Assembly (NCBI RefSeq): GCF_964204645.1
Contig: NC_134025.1
Span: 434,001 to 498,000, forward strand
Direction of reading: 5' to 3'
From: Tubulanus polymorphus
Taxonomy: Eukaryota; Animalia; Nemertea
Length of the DNA stretch: 64,000 nt
The stretch's first letter is position 1. Each line of letters starts with the position of its first letter. The notes below the pieces were generated by a model. The model did not search any database and was not told the origin of the DNA. It saw nothing but the letters and a program-made list of their open reading frames with translations. Of this stretch, positions 1 through 13,373 are shown piece by piece. The translations under genes were made by a program, and so were the position numbers.

Positions 1-300
1 TTGGTTGCAGCTATGATCAATCATCTCAATGATTGAGCTAATTTCCCCTCACTGGTTTGAAATATAATTTCCCCTCACTGGTTGCAGTTCACTCCATTGG
101 TTGCAGCTGCGAAGAATCATCTCATTGATTGTGCATACTTTTCCCTCACTGGTTGCAGTTCACTTCATTGGTTGCAGCTATGAACAATCATCTCAATGAT
201 TGTGCATACTTCCCCTCACTGGTTGCAGTTCACTCCATTGGTTGCAGCTATTAACAATCGTCTCATCGATTGTGCATACTTCCCCTCACTGGTTGCAGTT
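1..300. repeat. ~70-bp tandem repeat (~4 copies, runs off window start)
   Basis: CCCCTCACTGGTTGCAGTTCAC..TTGGTTGCAGCT recurs at about 71, 142, 212 and 282. Confidence 0.85.
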
Positions 301-1454
301 TTCAGCTTTGGTTTGATGATGATAAATGCTGGTTTTATCATTGGCTCTACGCGAACAGTTATCATAATGTTTGAAGCCTTTGCCAGACGTCTTGTGGGTT
401 CAATCTCTCTTAAGAAAAAGCTAAAAGGGTTTCGATTGGAATACAGTTTGTCTCCTCCAGCAACAAATGTCCATAGTCTAGAATAAACTGATTTGCATTT
501 GCAAAAAAAGCTTTGTTGGGTGTATCGCTACATTTCCTACAAGACTCCTCTCTCCTCTCTCATCACGAAAAAAGTAAGACACAAATCTGAAAGTTAAGAG
601 TTACAAAACACTGTGGATGAATTACTGCTAAATCAATTGGTAGTAATGAAAGTTAAGTGTTACAAAACACTGAAAGTTGGTGTCTTGAAACAATGATAAA
701 TGTAATGAAACATTGATAGATGTACTGATCTTGCGGTTTGTTCTACCTCCTTCCTCTGCTACGAGGTGATATATCGTGCCATTTTTATATACAATATCAA
801 AATCATAGACAATTAAAATCTTGTGGTGGCATGGCTTCTCCTTTTGTTCTCTATAACTCCCGGTAATGGCCTTGCTATGACATCAAACGAGTATCAAATA
901 CAGAAGATACTCCTTTCTTCTCCTTTAAAAACGGCAAATACTGTTGTTTGCTACTATGGCAAATACTGTTGTTTGCTACTGCATGTTGCTCATTCCACTC
1001 TGTTCTAGGGGTGATATTGAGTTTTGGAGACTCTTCTCCTTCCCTTGCCTTCTTGAATTGTCAAATAGATGTGACTTACAATACTGATTACTTCCTTATT
1101 TGAAAACTACATGTTGCTGATGCTTGCTATCATTCAACTCTGTTTTGGTTGTGATATTGAGTTTTAAACGTTGTGTTAGGTGTTACATGCCTCCTCTCCT
1201 CTCTCTCCTCTCTCATCAAAAATTAAATAAGACACTCCTTTTTTATATACATTTAGTTTTTTGCTGTGGTTTCCTCAATAGAAAAGTTTGAAATGCGCTG
1301 CAATCAATGAGCAATTTCAAACTATTGATCAATTACTGGTCGTGATGTAAGTTAAGTGTTACAAAACACTGTGTAAATTACTGCTAAATCAATCGGTGGT
1401 GATGAAAGTTAAGTGCTACAAAAACACTGTGGGTAATTCACTGCTAATTTATAA

Positions 1455-2830
1455 CTGATGACCTCCTTTAATACTGCTGCTTGGTGCTGGGTGTTAATTA
1501 ATACACTCTGTTTTGGGGTGATATTGAGTTCAGGAATCTCCTCCTTCCTGCTTCAACTGTCATGTAGAAACGTGACAAACGAACTGAATTGTCAGTGCGT
1601 TACAACACTGATGACCTCCTTTAATACTGCTGCTTGCTGCTGCGTGTTAATTAATACACTCTGTTCAGAGGTGATATTGAGTTCAGGAGTCTCCTCCTTC
1701 CTGCTTCAACTGTCATGTAGAAACGTGACTAACAAACTGAATTGTCAGTGTGTTACAACACTGATGACCTCCTTTAATCCTGCTGCTTGCTGCTGGGTGT
1801 TAATTCTTACCACCTTCCATGAACTTCTTGAATTATTACATTAAACATTATTACAATAAGAATTATTACATTAAACATTATAACATCATGAATCATCCTC
1901 CTTAAATACTGCTGCTTGCTGCTGGCTCTGTTTTGGGGTGATATTGAGTTCAGGAGTCTCCTCCTTCCTGTTTCAACTGTCATGTAGAAACGTGACAAAC
2001 AAACTGAATTGTCAGTGTGTTACAACACTGATGACCTCCTTTAATACTGCTGCTTGCTGCAGCATGTTAATTCTTGCCTTCTTCCCTGAACTTCTCTAAT
2101 TATTACATTAAACATTATTACAATAAGAATTATTACATTAAACATTATAACATCATGAATCATCCTCCTTAAATACTGCTGCTTGCTGCTGGCTCTGTTT
2201 TGGGGTGATATTGAGTTCAGGAGTCTCCTCCTTCCTCCTTCAACTGTCATGTAGAAACGTGACAAACGAACTGAATTGTCAGTGTGTTACAACACTGATG
2301 GCCTCCATTAATACTGCTGCTTGCCGCTGGGTGTTAATTAATACACTCTGTTTTGGGGTGATATTGAGTGCAGGAGCCTCCTCCTTCCTGCTTCAATTGT
2401 CATGTAGAAACGTGACTAACAAACTGAATTGTCAGTGTGTTACAACACTGATGGCCTCCTTTAATACTGCTGCTTGCTGCTGGGTGTTAATTGATACACT
2501 CTGTTTTGGGGTGATATTGAGTGCAGGAGTCTCCTCCTTCCTGCTTCAATTGTCATGTAGAAACGTGACTAACAAACTGAATTTTCAGTGTGTTACAACA
2601 CTGATGGCCTCCTTAAATACTGCTGCTTGCTGCTGGGTGTTAATTGATACACTCTGTTTTGGGGTGATATTGAGTGCAGGAGTCTCCTCCTTCCTGCTTC
2701 AATTGTCATGTAGAAACGTGACTAACAAACTGAATTTTCAGTGTGGTACAACACTGATGACCTCCTTAAATACTGCTGCTTGCTGCTGCGTGTTAATTAA
2801 TACACTCTGTTATGGGGTGATATTGAGTTT
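1455..2830. repeat. Satellite A array 1 (153-bp unit; some units expanded to ~234 bp by an AT-rich insert)
   Basis: CTGATGACCTCCTTTAATACTGCTGCTTG...GTTACAACA recurs at 1455, 1608 and 1761; variant units carry AATTATTACATTAAACATTA duplications. Confidence 0.95.
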
Positions 2831-2845
2831 TGGCGATTTTTGCTC

Positions 2846-3760
2846 CCTGATCGTCCTTATTGCGACTTAACGTTTTAAATGTATAAATATTCAAAACAGC
2901 TATCCATCGATAGCTTTGTGGTGGTTGAATCTTTGAAATGTCGCTGGTGTTGGTACATTGTATATATTGTAATATATGTCAGTGAAATGGGATTGATCAT
3001 GTTTCCTGATCGTCCTTATTGCGACTTTACGTTTTAAATGTATAAATATTCAAAGCAGCTATCCATCGATAGCTTTGTGGTGGTTGAATCATTGAAATGT
3101 CGCTGGTGTTGGTTCTTTGTATATATTGTAATATATGTCGGTGAAATGGGATTGATCATGTTTCCTGATCGTCCTTATTGCGACTTTACGTTTTAAATGT
3201 ATAAATATTCAAAACAGCTATCCATCGATAGCTTTGTGGTGGTTGAATCATTGAAATGTCGCTGGTGTTGGTTCTTTGTATATATTGTAATATATGTCGG
3301 TGAAATGGGATTGATCATGTTTCCTGATCGTCCTTATTGCGACTTTACGTTTTAAATGTATAAATATTCAAAACAGCTATCCATCGATAGCTTTGTGGTG
3401 GTTGAATCTTTGAAATGTCGCTGGTGTTGGTACATTTTATATATAATAATATATGTCGGTGAAATGGGATTGATTATGTTTTGTGATTGTCCTTATTGCG
3501 ACTTTACGTTTTAAATGTATAAATATTCAAAGCAGCTATCCATCGATAGCTTTGTGGTGGTTGAATCTTTGAAATGTCATTGGTGTTGGTACTGTGTATA
3601 TATTGTAATATATGTCGGTGAAATGGGATTGATCATGTTTTGTGATTGTCCTTATTGCGACTTTACGTTTTAAATGTATAAATATTCAAAACAGCTATCC
3701 ATTGATAGCTTTGTGGTGGTTGAATCATTGAAATAATGCTGGTGTTGGTTCTCTGTGTAT
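2846..3760. repeat. Satellite B array 1 (159-bp unit, ~6 copies)
   Basis: CCTGATCGTCCTTATTGCGAC recurs at 2846, 3005, 3164 and 3323; each unit contains the hairpin AGCTATC-CATC-GATAGCT. Confidence 0.95.
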
Positions 3761-3869
3761 ACTGTATCAGCAAATTATTATATCACATTACGGATTTTAA
3801 AAGTGTTATACTCAAAGATGCTATTGTTTGATAGCTTCACTTTGGTTCCTTGCACCTGAAAGTTGTTAA

Positions 3870-5308
3870 GTGTCATATAGAAACGTGACAAACAAACTGA
3901 TTTGTCAGTGTGTTACAACACTGATGACCTCCTTTAATACTGCTGCTTGCTGCTGGGTGTTAATTGATACACTCTGTTTTGGGGTGATATTGAGTTCAGG
4001 AGTCTCCTCCTTCCTTCTTCAACTGTCATGTAGAAACGTGACAAACAAACTGAATTGTCAGTGTGTTACAACACTGATGACCTCCTTTAATACTGCTGCT
4101 TTCTGCTGGGTGTTAATTGATACACTCTGTTTTGGGGTGATATTGAGTTCAGGAGTCTCCTCCTTCCTTCTTCAACTGTCATGTAGAAACGTGACAAATG
4201 AACTGAATTGTCAGTGCGTTACAACACTGATGACCTCCTTTAATACTGCTGCTTGCTGCTGGGTGTTAATTCTTGCCTTCTTCCCTGAACTTCTTGAATT
4301 ATTACATTTAACATTATTACAATAAGAATTATTACATTAAACATTATAACATCATGAATCACCCTCCTTAAATACTGCTGCTGGCTCTGTGTTGGGGTGA
4401 TATTAAGTTCAGGAGTCTCCTCCTTCCTTCTTCAACTGTCATGTAGAAACGTGACAAACAAACTGAATTGTCAGTGTGTTACAACACTGATGGCCTCCTT
4501 TAATACTGCTGCTTGCTGCTGCGTGTTAATTAATACACTCTGTTTTGGGGTGATATTAAGTTCAGGAGTCTCCTCCTTCCTTCTTCAACTGTCATGTAGA
4601 AACGTGACTTACAAACTGAATTGTCAGTGTGTTACAACACTGATGGCCTCCTTTAATACTGCTGCTTGCTGCTGCGTGTTAATTAATACACTCTGTTTTG
4701 GGGTGATATTGAGTGCAGGAGTCTCCTCCTTCCTTCTTCAATTGTCATGTAGAAACGTGACAAACAAACTGAATTGTCAGTGTGTTACAACACTGATGAC
4801 CTCCTTAAATACTGCTGCTTGCTGCTGGGTGTTAATACACTCTGTTATGGGGTGATATTGAGTTCAGGAGTCTCCTCCTTCCTTCTTCAACTGTCATGTA
4901 GAAACGTGACAAACAAACTGAATTGTCAGTGTGTTACAACACTGATGACCTCCTTTAATACTGCTGCTTGCTGCTGGGTGTTAATACACTCTGTTATGGG
5001 GTGATATTGAGTTCAGGAGTCTCCTCCTTCCTTCTTCAACTGTCATGTAGAAACGTGACAAACAAACTGAATTGTCAGTGTGTTACAACACTGATGACCT
5101 CCTTAAATACTGCTGCTTGCTGCTGGGTGTTAATACACTCTGTTATGGGGTGATATTGAGTTCAGGAGTCTCCTCCTTCCTTCTTCAACTGTCATGTAGA
5201 AACGTGACAAACAAACTGAATTGTCAGTGTGTTACAACACTGATGACCTCCTTAAATACTGCTGCTTGCTGCTGGGTGTTAATACACTCTGTTATGGGGT
5301 GATATTGA
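3870..5308. repeat. Satellite A array 2 (153/149-bp units)
   Basis: Same unit as 1455-2830; later copies lack 4 bp (TTAATACAC instead of TTAATTAATACAC). Confidence 0.95.
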
Positions 5309-5327
5309 GTGTTGGCGAGTTTTGCTA

Positions 5328-6933
5328 CCTGATCATCCTTATTGCGACTTAACGTTTTAATTGTATAAATATTCAAAGCAGCTATCCATCGATAGCTTTG
5401 TGGTGGTTGAATCTTTGAAATTTCGCTGGTGTTGATACATTGTATATATTGTAATATATGTCGGTGAATTGGGATTGATCATGTTTCCTGATCGTCCTTA
5501 TTGCGACTTGACATTTTGAATATATGAATATTCAAAACAGCTATCCATCGATAGCTTTGTGGTGGTTGAATCTTTGAAATGTCGCTGGTGTTGGAACATT
5601 GTATATATCATAATATATGTCGGTGAAATGGGATTGATCATGTTTTGTGATTGTCCTTATTGCGACTTTACGTTTTAAATGTATAAACATTCAAAGCAGC
5701 TATCCATCGATAGCTTTGTGGTGGTTGAATCTTTGAAATGTCGCTGGTGTTAGTACATTGTATATATTGTAATATATGTCGGTGAATTGGGACTGATTAT
5801 GTTTCCTAATCGTCCTTATTGCGACTTTACATTTTGAATATATGAATATTCAAAACAGCTATCCATTGATAGCTTTATGGTGGTTGAATCTTTGAAATGT
5901 CGCTGGTGTTGGTACATTGTATATATTGTAATATATGTCGGTGAAATGGGATTGATCATGTTTTGTGATTGTCCTTATTGCGACTTAACGTTTTAAATGT
6001 ATAAATATTCAAAACAGCTATCCATCGATAGCTTTGTGGTGGTTGAATCATTGAAATGTCGCTGGTGTTGGTTCTGTGTATATATTGTAATATATGTCGG
6101 TGAAATGGGATTGATCATGTTTTGTGATCGTCCTTATTGCGACTTTACGTTTTAAATATATAAATATTCAAAGCAGCTATCCATCGATAGCTTTGTGGTG
6201 GTTGAATCTTTGAAATGTCGCTGGTGTTAGTACATTGTATATATTGTAATATATGTCGGTGAATTGGGACTGATTATGTTTCCTAATCGTCCTTATTGCG
6301 ACTTTACATTTTGAATATATGAATATTCAAAACAGCTATCCATCGATAGCTTTGTGGTGGTTGAATCATTGAAATGTCGCTGGTGTTGGTACATTGTATA
6401 TATTGTAATATATGTCGGTGAAATGGGATTGATCATGTTTTGTGATTGTCCTTATTGCGACTTAACGTTTTAAATGTATAAATATTCAAAACAGCTATCC
6501 ATGGATAGCTTTGTGGTGGTTGAATCTTTGAAATGTCGCTGGTGTTGGTTCTGTGTATATATTGTAATATATGTCGGTGAAATGGGATTGATCATGTTTC
6601 CTGATCGTCCTTATTGCGACTTTACGTTTTAAATGTATAAATATTCAAAGCAGCTATCCATCGATAGCTTTGTGGTGGTTGAATCTTTGAAATTTCGCTG
6701 GTGTTGGTACATTGTATATATTGTAATATATGTCGGTGAATTGGGACTGATTATGTTTCCTAATCGTCCTTATTGCGACTTTACATTTTGAATATATGAA
6801 TATTCAAAACAGCTATCCATCGATAGCTTTGTGGTGGTTGAATCTTTGAAATGTCGCTGGTGTTGGTACATTGTATATATTGTAATATATGTCGGTGAAT
6901 TGGGACTGATTATGTTTCCTAATCGTCCTTATT
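5328..6933. repeat. Satellite B array 2 (159-bp unit, ~10 copies)
   Basis: Same unit as 2846-3760. Confidence 0.95.
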
Positions 6934-7590
6934 GGCCTCCTTTAATACTGCTGCTTGCTGCTGGGTGTTAATTGATACACTCTGTTTTGGGGTAATATTG
7001 AGTGCAGGAGTCTCCTCCTTCCTTCTTCAACTGTCATGTAGAAACGTGACAAACTGAATTGTCAGTGTGTTACAAGACTGATGACCTCCTTTAATACTGC
7101 TGCTTGCTGCTGGGTGTTAATTAATACACTCTGTTTTGGGGTGATATTGAGTTCAGGAGTCTCCTCCTTCCTTCTTCAACTGTCATGTAGAAACGTGACA
7201 AACAAACTGAATTGTCAGTGTGTTACAACACTGATGACCTCCTTTAATACTGCTGCTTGCTGCTAAGTGTTAATTGATACACTCTGTTTTGGGGTGATAT
7301 TGAGTTCAGGAGTCTCCTCCTTCCTTCTTCAACTGTCATGTAGAAACGTGACAAACAAACTGAATTGTCAGTGTGTTACAACACTGATGACCTCCTTTAA
7401 TACTGCTGCTTGCTGCTAGGTGTTAATTGATACACTCTGTTTTGGGGTGGTATTGAGTGCAGGAGTCTCCTCCTTCCTTCTTCAATTGTCATGTAGAAAC
7501 GTGACAAACAAACTGAATTGTCAGTGTGTTACAACACTGATGGCCTCCTTTAATACTGCTGCTTGCTGCTGGGTGTTAATTCTTACCTCC
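6934..7590. repeat. Satellite A array 3 (~4 copies)
   Basis: Same 153-bp unit, fused directly to a truncated B unit at ...CCTTATT|GGCCTCC. Confidence 0.93.
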
Positions 7591-8132
7591 TTCCCTGGAC
7601 TTCTTGAATTATTGCATTAAACATTATTACAATAAAAAGTATTCCATTAAACATTATTACATCATGAACTATTACATAATTACATTATCAAATTACACAT
7701 TATTTTACAAAACACTGATGGTGAATTACTGCTAAATCAATTGGTGGTGATGAAAGTTAAGTGTTACAAAACACTTCAGTGTTAAAATATAGATTTAGTG
7801 ATCCCTCCCTTCCCCCTTGAATTGTCAAGTTAATTGTGACATAAACTGATTTGTAAGTGACTTAAGGCTGGGGTGATATTGGGGTTTGATGCCTTCCCCT
7901 CCTTCCCCTTCTTGAATTGACAATTAAATATTGACATAAAGTGAATTGTTAGTGACTTGATTGTATTACTCCACTTAAGGAGTGATAAAATTGTCAGCGT
8001 CTAAACTCTGATGATGAGGTAAACCAGTTTCTAAGTCTGAGAGCTGACAGTGTAAAAAAAACTGTTAGAATTCAAATTGCTTTAAACATCTTCAGAAAGA
8101 TGGTCAATCATTGTAAACACTGGTGAAAACAA

Positions 8133-8270
8133 TTGACATCTCAATTTGCACTTGATGTCCCACTTTGCACTTGACGTCTCACTCTGCACTTGACGTCTCA
8201 CTATGCACTTGACGTCCCAATTTGCACTTGACGTCTCAATTTGCACTTGACGTCTCAATTTGCACTTGCA
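8133..8270. repeat. 19-bp tandem repeat (7 copies), five carrying CRE-like TGACGTC
   Basis: Unit TTGACGTCTCAATTTGCAC. Confidence 0.85.
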
Positions 8271-9999
8271 CCGATGCATCACTTGCACTAAACAGCACTG
8301 GCACACCCGCGGGTCCATGCGCATGGTTAGCAAATTGATCAGCATGCAGCATGCCATCTTTGTGTGTGGAAATAATTTACAAACAGCTGTGAGTTTGAAA
8401 TTAAGAAACGTATTATTTGTATCATTCTTTGTAAGATCTCTAATAACGATGATGTAAAGAAAAACATAATATCAATTTTATGATGGTAAAAATGTCAAAT
8501 AATTAAATATCAATTTGTAAAACGAGAGGAAAGAGAAAGATGAAAGTACCGGAAAGAGAAGTGTTGGATTGGTGTCTGTTGTCAGTAGAAATCTGAGTAC
8601 TCCACTGAGGAATCTCCACTCCCCAAACAGAAAGTTCTAGATGATACTGAAAGTTCCTGAGGTTCTTAGAAATTTTACTAAGTAAAGACTATAAATCAGG
8701 TATAGTATAAATTGTTATGAATTTCTTTGTAGATAAGAATGTTCTCAACTAGGACTGTTAGTTAGTATTACATGTATTTCATATTTCCCTGTTGTAGCGT
8801 GTATTGATTTGGTCGGCAAGTACAAAATACCAAACGATCGACAGGAAACATCCAGGATTGTTCCAGTTGTCGTTGAGAAATATTTAAGGTGTCATGAGTC
8901 TGAATTGACTATGAATTAGGTAAAATTATACTTGATATTGTGCTTGATATGAACTTCTTTGCAGGAACAGTCGACTTAAAGAAGATGGTTACATTTATTT
9001 TATGTATTTTTGTTGTAGCTAGTGGACTGTTGTTGTTAGAGACGCTCAAAACCAGAGGAAAGGAAACATCAGAGTTCAGGAAGTGTTGAACAAATTCCTC
9101 AAGGTCCGAGTCATGAATCTGAATTGACTATAAATCAGGTATAATTTTAATTTATTCTTTAAGTTTCTTTTTTAAGAAGAGTCTTAAAAATGATATCATT
9201 ATTCATATTTTGTGTTTTGTCATTGTAGTATTGAGCTTGTGGTTGGCTGTAGAATATCAGACGACAGGAAAAGATCAGATCAGAGATGCCGACCAATTTC
9301 CCTGTCAAATCTGGACTTCTTTCAGTGTTTGTATGCAGAAATCAGAGATATTCTTGGGGGATCTCGACATCAAACCGAAAGTTCGAGAAGATATGAACAG
9401 TAGCTGAGGTTCTGAGCAATTTCTCTTTTAAGTCATGAGTTTAGATTGACGATTAATCAGGTAAAATTGAACTTGATATGAATTTCTTTGCAGGAACAGT
9501 CGACTCAATGAAGATGGTTACTACTTTTATTTCATGTATTTTTGTTGTAGCCAGTGGACTGTTGTTGGTTGTTGTAAGTGGCGTGCAAAACCAGAGGAAA
9601 CGAAAACATCAGAGTTCACAAAGTGTTGAGCAAATTCCTCAAGGTCCGAGTCATGAATCTGAGTTGACTATAAATCAGGTAAAATTGAAATTAGATGAAT
9701 TTTGTTTTTATGAAGAGTCTTATGAATGAAAATCATAGTTTATTTATTACATTGTTATTACAGTTAGTATTGAGTTATTCGTCACACAATACCAGATATC
9801 AAGATGGAAACGATGCCAATGATCAATTTCCTCATGAAGAAATGAGTCACGAGCCTTAATCGACTAAAAATCAGGTATAATTGAAATTTATTTTGAAGAA
9901 GTCTCAAAAATGATATCATTATTCATATTTTGTGTTTTGTCATTGTAGTATTGAGCTTGCGGTTGGCTGTAGAATATCAGACGACAGGAAAAGATCAAA

Positions 10000-10245
10000 T
10001 CAGAGATGTTGAACAATTTCCCCGTCAATTCGGGACTTTCAGTGATTGTTACCACGAGTTAGCGCAGTAGAGTTCCAGAGATGCCGACCAATTTCTCTGT
10101 CAAATCGGGACTTACAGTGTTTGTTACCACGAGTTATCGTAGTTCCAGAGATGCCGACCAATTTCTCCGTCAAATCGGGACTTTCAGTGTTTGTTACCGC
10201 GAGTTATCGTGGTTCGAGAGGTGCCGACCAATTTCTCCGAGGCCT
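10000..10245. repeat. ~70-bp tandem repeat (3-4 copies)
   Basis: AGAGATGCCGACCAATTTCTC..TCAAATCGGGACTT recurs. Confidence 0.8.
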
Positions 10246-10752
10246 ATAGCTTCAGTATAGGTTGAATGTAAATACACATTGTATATCTATTAAAAAATAA
10301 ATAATGGTTTGATTGGCTGGTTTGTTATTGAATCTGATTGTGGGTTATTAATTACTGATTTGCTGCGACTTAGCGTTTTGAGTGTAAATGTTTCAAGGGG
10401 CTTCTCTTGCTTGCTTTTGTGCTTGTTAAATGATTTCTGAAATATAGTTGTATGTGCTGTATATGTGGAGATTTTGTACTTGTGACTGTGTTTGTAAATA
10501 CATTAATTTCTTTAAAATGTTTTTGTGTTCTATCTCATTCTGAGGATGTTAAACTCAAGATTCTCAGTTTGATCTATACTTGTTTGTTAGTTTGATCAAT
10601 ACATTGATTTTATGGTGTTTGAATATTGGTTGAACTATTGTTTATCAATACATATCGAACTACACTAACCACTAGTTGTTGTAACATCAGCATCACTAGT
10701 GGTCAGTTGTTCACTACAAATTATATGTGTTACTTTTTCTTCATATAATGTA

Positions 10753-10998
10753 CAGTGGACTCTCTGTTAACTGGAATCATTTCAAGTCTAATTAAGACTA
10801 TCTAATCCTTAAGACACGGATTAGAGTGTTTCATTCGACTAATTTCAAGTCTCGTTACTTACATCTTGGAGTAATCATTCTCCAAGCCTACACCAACCCA
10901 GACATAAACACATTGAACTATTGCATTGAAGTTCTATTGTCTACAGGTGACAAGAACTATCACCTTGTCTTAATTGATTCCAGTTAGAAGTCTATTGT
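10753..10998. mobile_element. Tc1/mariner-pogo-type MITE (degenerate)
   Basis: TA|CAGTGGACTCTCTGTTAACTGGAATC ... GATTCCAGTTAGAAGTCTATTG|TA: imperfect terminal inverted repeats with TA flanks. Confidence 0.55.
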
Positions 10999-12219
10999 AC
11001 ATGGATTATTTTTGCTCTGTAAGTGAATAAATGAAATTAAGTGTACAGTTGAACCTCATTAAAACGATTCTGTCCCAGCTAAAATATTTATATCAATGCA
11101 GATTTGGATGTTATAAAACCTGGTTATTACATGTACGACAATTACACTTTTGCCCTTAAGATTCGTGTTTAACGGAAAGGTTCCATTGTACAATGATAAT
11201 TTCAAACCACTCTCAATGTGGTAGAGACTTTCTTTATTTTACAACTTTGAATTACTCCAAAGTTTCCCTAATGCATTTACCGATCTGCAGTCTGGCACTG
11301 CCCTATCTGAGGATGCTCCAGTACCAACCGATACCATTGAGATGCCCGTTTAGACTAGTAATGATGCAGAATAGAGGATGTACAGGTGATCTATTTACTG
11401 ATTCTGAGTGACCTAGATATTGAATATATGGTAAACGGGGGATTCCTGAGCTCGAGTCCGGTCTATTGGTACTGATTCTGAGTGAACTGGATACTGTTAG
11501 ATATTAAACGAGGGTATCCCGGGTTCGGAACTCGGTCTATTGGTTCTGAGTGACGGGGTGTACTGCATTCATCATCTAATAGGTGCATTGGATAGGCAGG
11601 ATTGTTCCAGATTCGAACCCGATTTGCATATTGGCTACTGATTCTGGGTGGTTTCGAAGGGGTCAATAAAAGAAAATTGATTATCAATTGATATTATATT
11701 GAATCTGAAATAGAATGGAAAACTGAATAACGATTAATTGAATGAATTAAATCGAAGGATTATCATTTGTCTTCAGCTTCACTTTTTACGTACATTACTG
11801 ATAGTCGGAGTCATCCATGTTGCTACGAGATGATCAATACCAACGACACCAGGGCACTTGTCTCTGCGCGAACCCAGGTTACCGTTGATACCGAGGAAAC
11901 CTGTCTCAGGGCGTGTCATCCTCCCAGTTACCTGCGTCGATACCGAGGATACCCGTCTCACGGCCTATGAGATCCCAGGTTACCAGTGATACCAACGATA
12001 CCGAGGATACCCGTCTCACGGCCTGTGAGATCCCAGGTTACTGATACCGGGTTCCAGCTCAGATGTAATGAAATGACTGAACGCAAGAGTGTAAATTATA
12101 TACGTTGAGTTTATTTGGGGATCCAGATGAGAGAGAGATAGTGAGAAATTTTCAAAAGATTTTATCAAAGGCTAGAATTGAAATATAATGTTTTTCTAAT
12201 AATTTCTTTATATTTCTAG

Positions 12220-13373
12220 CTGTAACTTCGATCACGTATAATAAACTGTATCACGCTGAGATGTTTTCTATGAACTCCAGTTCAGGAATGGTTGATACTT
12301 TACACACTCCGATGTTACCTTACCATAAATACGTATTGTATACAGTCGCTTCTGATAACGACCCGAAAAATCCGCTGAAATCGCTGTAAGTTTTCATCTA
12401 TAAAACCAGATATAAAACTAGAATTATTGATCTCTCGAATATTTATCTAATTAATTTCAGAGTATCTACGATAAGAATTGACACATACGTGGAATGCGAG
12501 GTTCTCACTAGCTGGTATTCGAAACAAAACCTTCTACATTTCAATTATGCCAGAATTCAGTCGTTTCTAATGAGTTTACAACCACTTTGTAACCCGTGTT
12601 TACCACGACTACACAATATATCTGAGATTAACGGGTGCGGCGATCTGTTTTATCGCATTATTCGATATTTTCTGGTCTAATCGCCGATAAATGAATGATA
12701 TCTGATTTTCAGGAAAGCGGTACTGATTATATATTTCCTGAAAGATGGATCTACGGAAGTTCTGGGAAATATCGGAAGACCGAAAGAGTTTCTTACTAAT
12801 GATACCGTATTAAACTCATTATTACCGACGGATTTGACGCCGTATGAGATCAGTAGTGTCACTAATACGTGTCCTGTTCCTGTAGTTGTGACGTCATGTA
12901 ATTGGATTCTGTGTACAATCGAAGGGAATTTGTTACTGGGATTTTTACTATCGGTAGCATTGACCGCGTGGTTAGGGTTGATATTAGCTATTGGTTTATA
13001 CTTCTTCCCTACACATGAACGACACGGGTAAATCTTACAAGTTCCATACGTGAATTCAGCACGGACTTCAACACATCAATCTAATGTTTGAAAAAGCATC
13101 GAAATGAAGTTGCATCTATTTACTTTTCTTTCAGACAACGTTTGGACACCCCGTTTGTGAAAGGAGGTGATTTTGTTCGGAAAGTAGAGACTGTTCGGTT
13201 CCATCATCCCGAGGCTGCTCAAGGTATAAAAATCGTGTTTCATCATAATTTTGTGTTGTTCATAAAGATTAAATTGAAAGTTTATATTTTCAGGAGATTT
13301 ACTGACTCTTGATTTTCGATATTCTGATAACCCGACAGTGGCGCGTCGATTCCTACCGGAAGTCAATGGATAA
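12220..13373 (+). CDS. 3' exons of a cadherin-like single-pass membrane protein (5' exons not identified)
   Basis: Five phase-compatible GT-AG exons: 12220-12385, 12461-12634, 12713-13027, 13135-13223, 13294-13373(TAA). The translation includes a cadherin-repeat-like end (FSMNSSSGMVDTL..YVLYTVASDNDPKNPLKS), a juxtamembrane region, a TM helix (LLLGFLLSVALTAWLGLILAIGLYFF) and a short tail. AATAAA at ~13495. Confidence 0.72.

Noticed and set aside
1455-7590. CRISPR-like array
   Set aside because: Units are contiguous near-identical monomers with no unique spacers; the context is eukaryotic and has no cas genes.
1455-7620. Cys-rich 51-aa repeat ORFs (MTSFNTAACCWVLINTLCFGVILSS...)
   Set aside because: A by-product of the 153-bp unit length; copies carry 4-bp deletions and stops, and there is no splice or domain support.
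11190-12060. Upstream exons of the cadherin-like gene, or a viral ORF
   Set aside because: Only short ORFs over degenerate internal repeats; no phase-compatible exon or recognisable motif.
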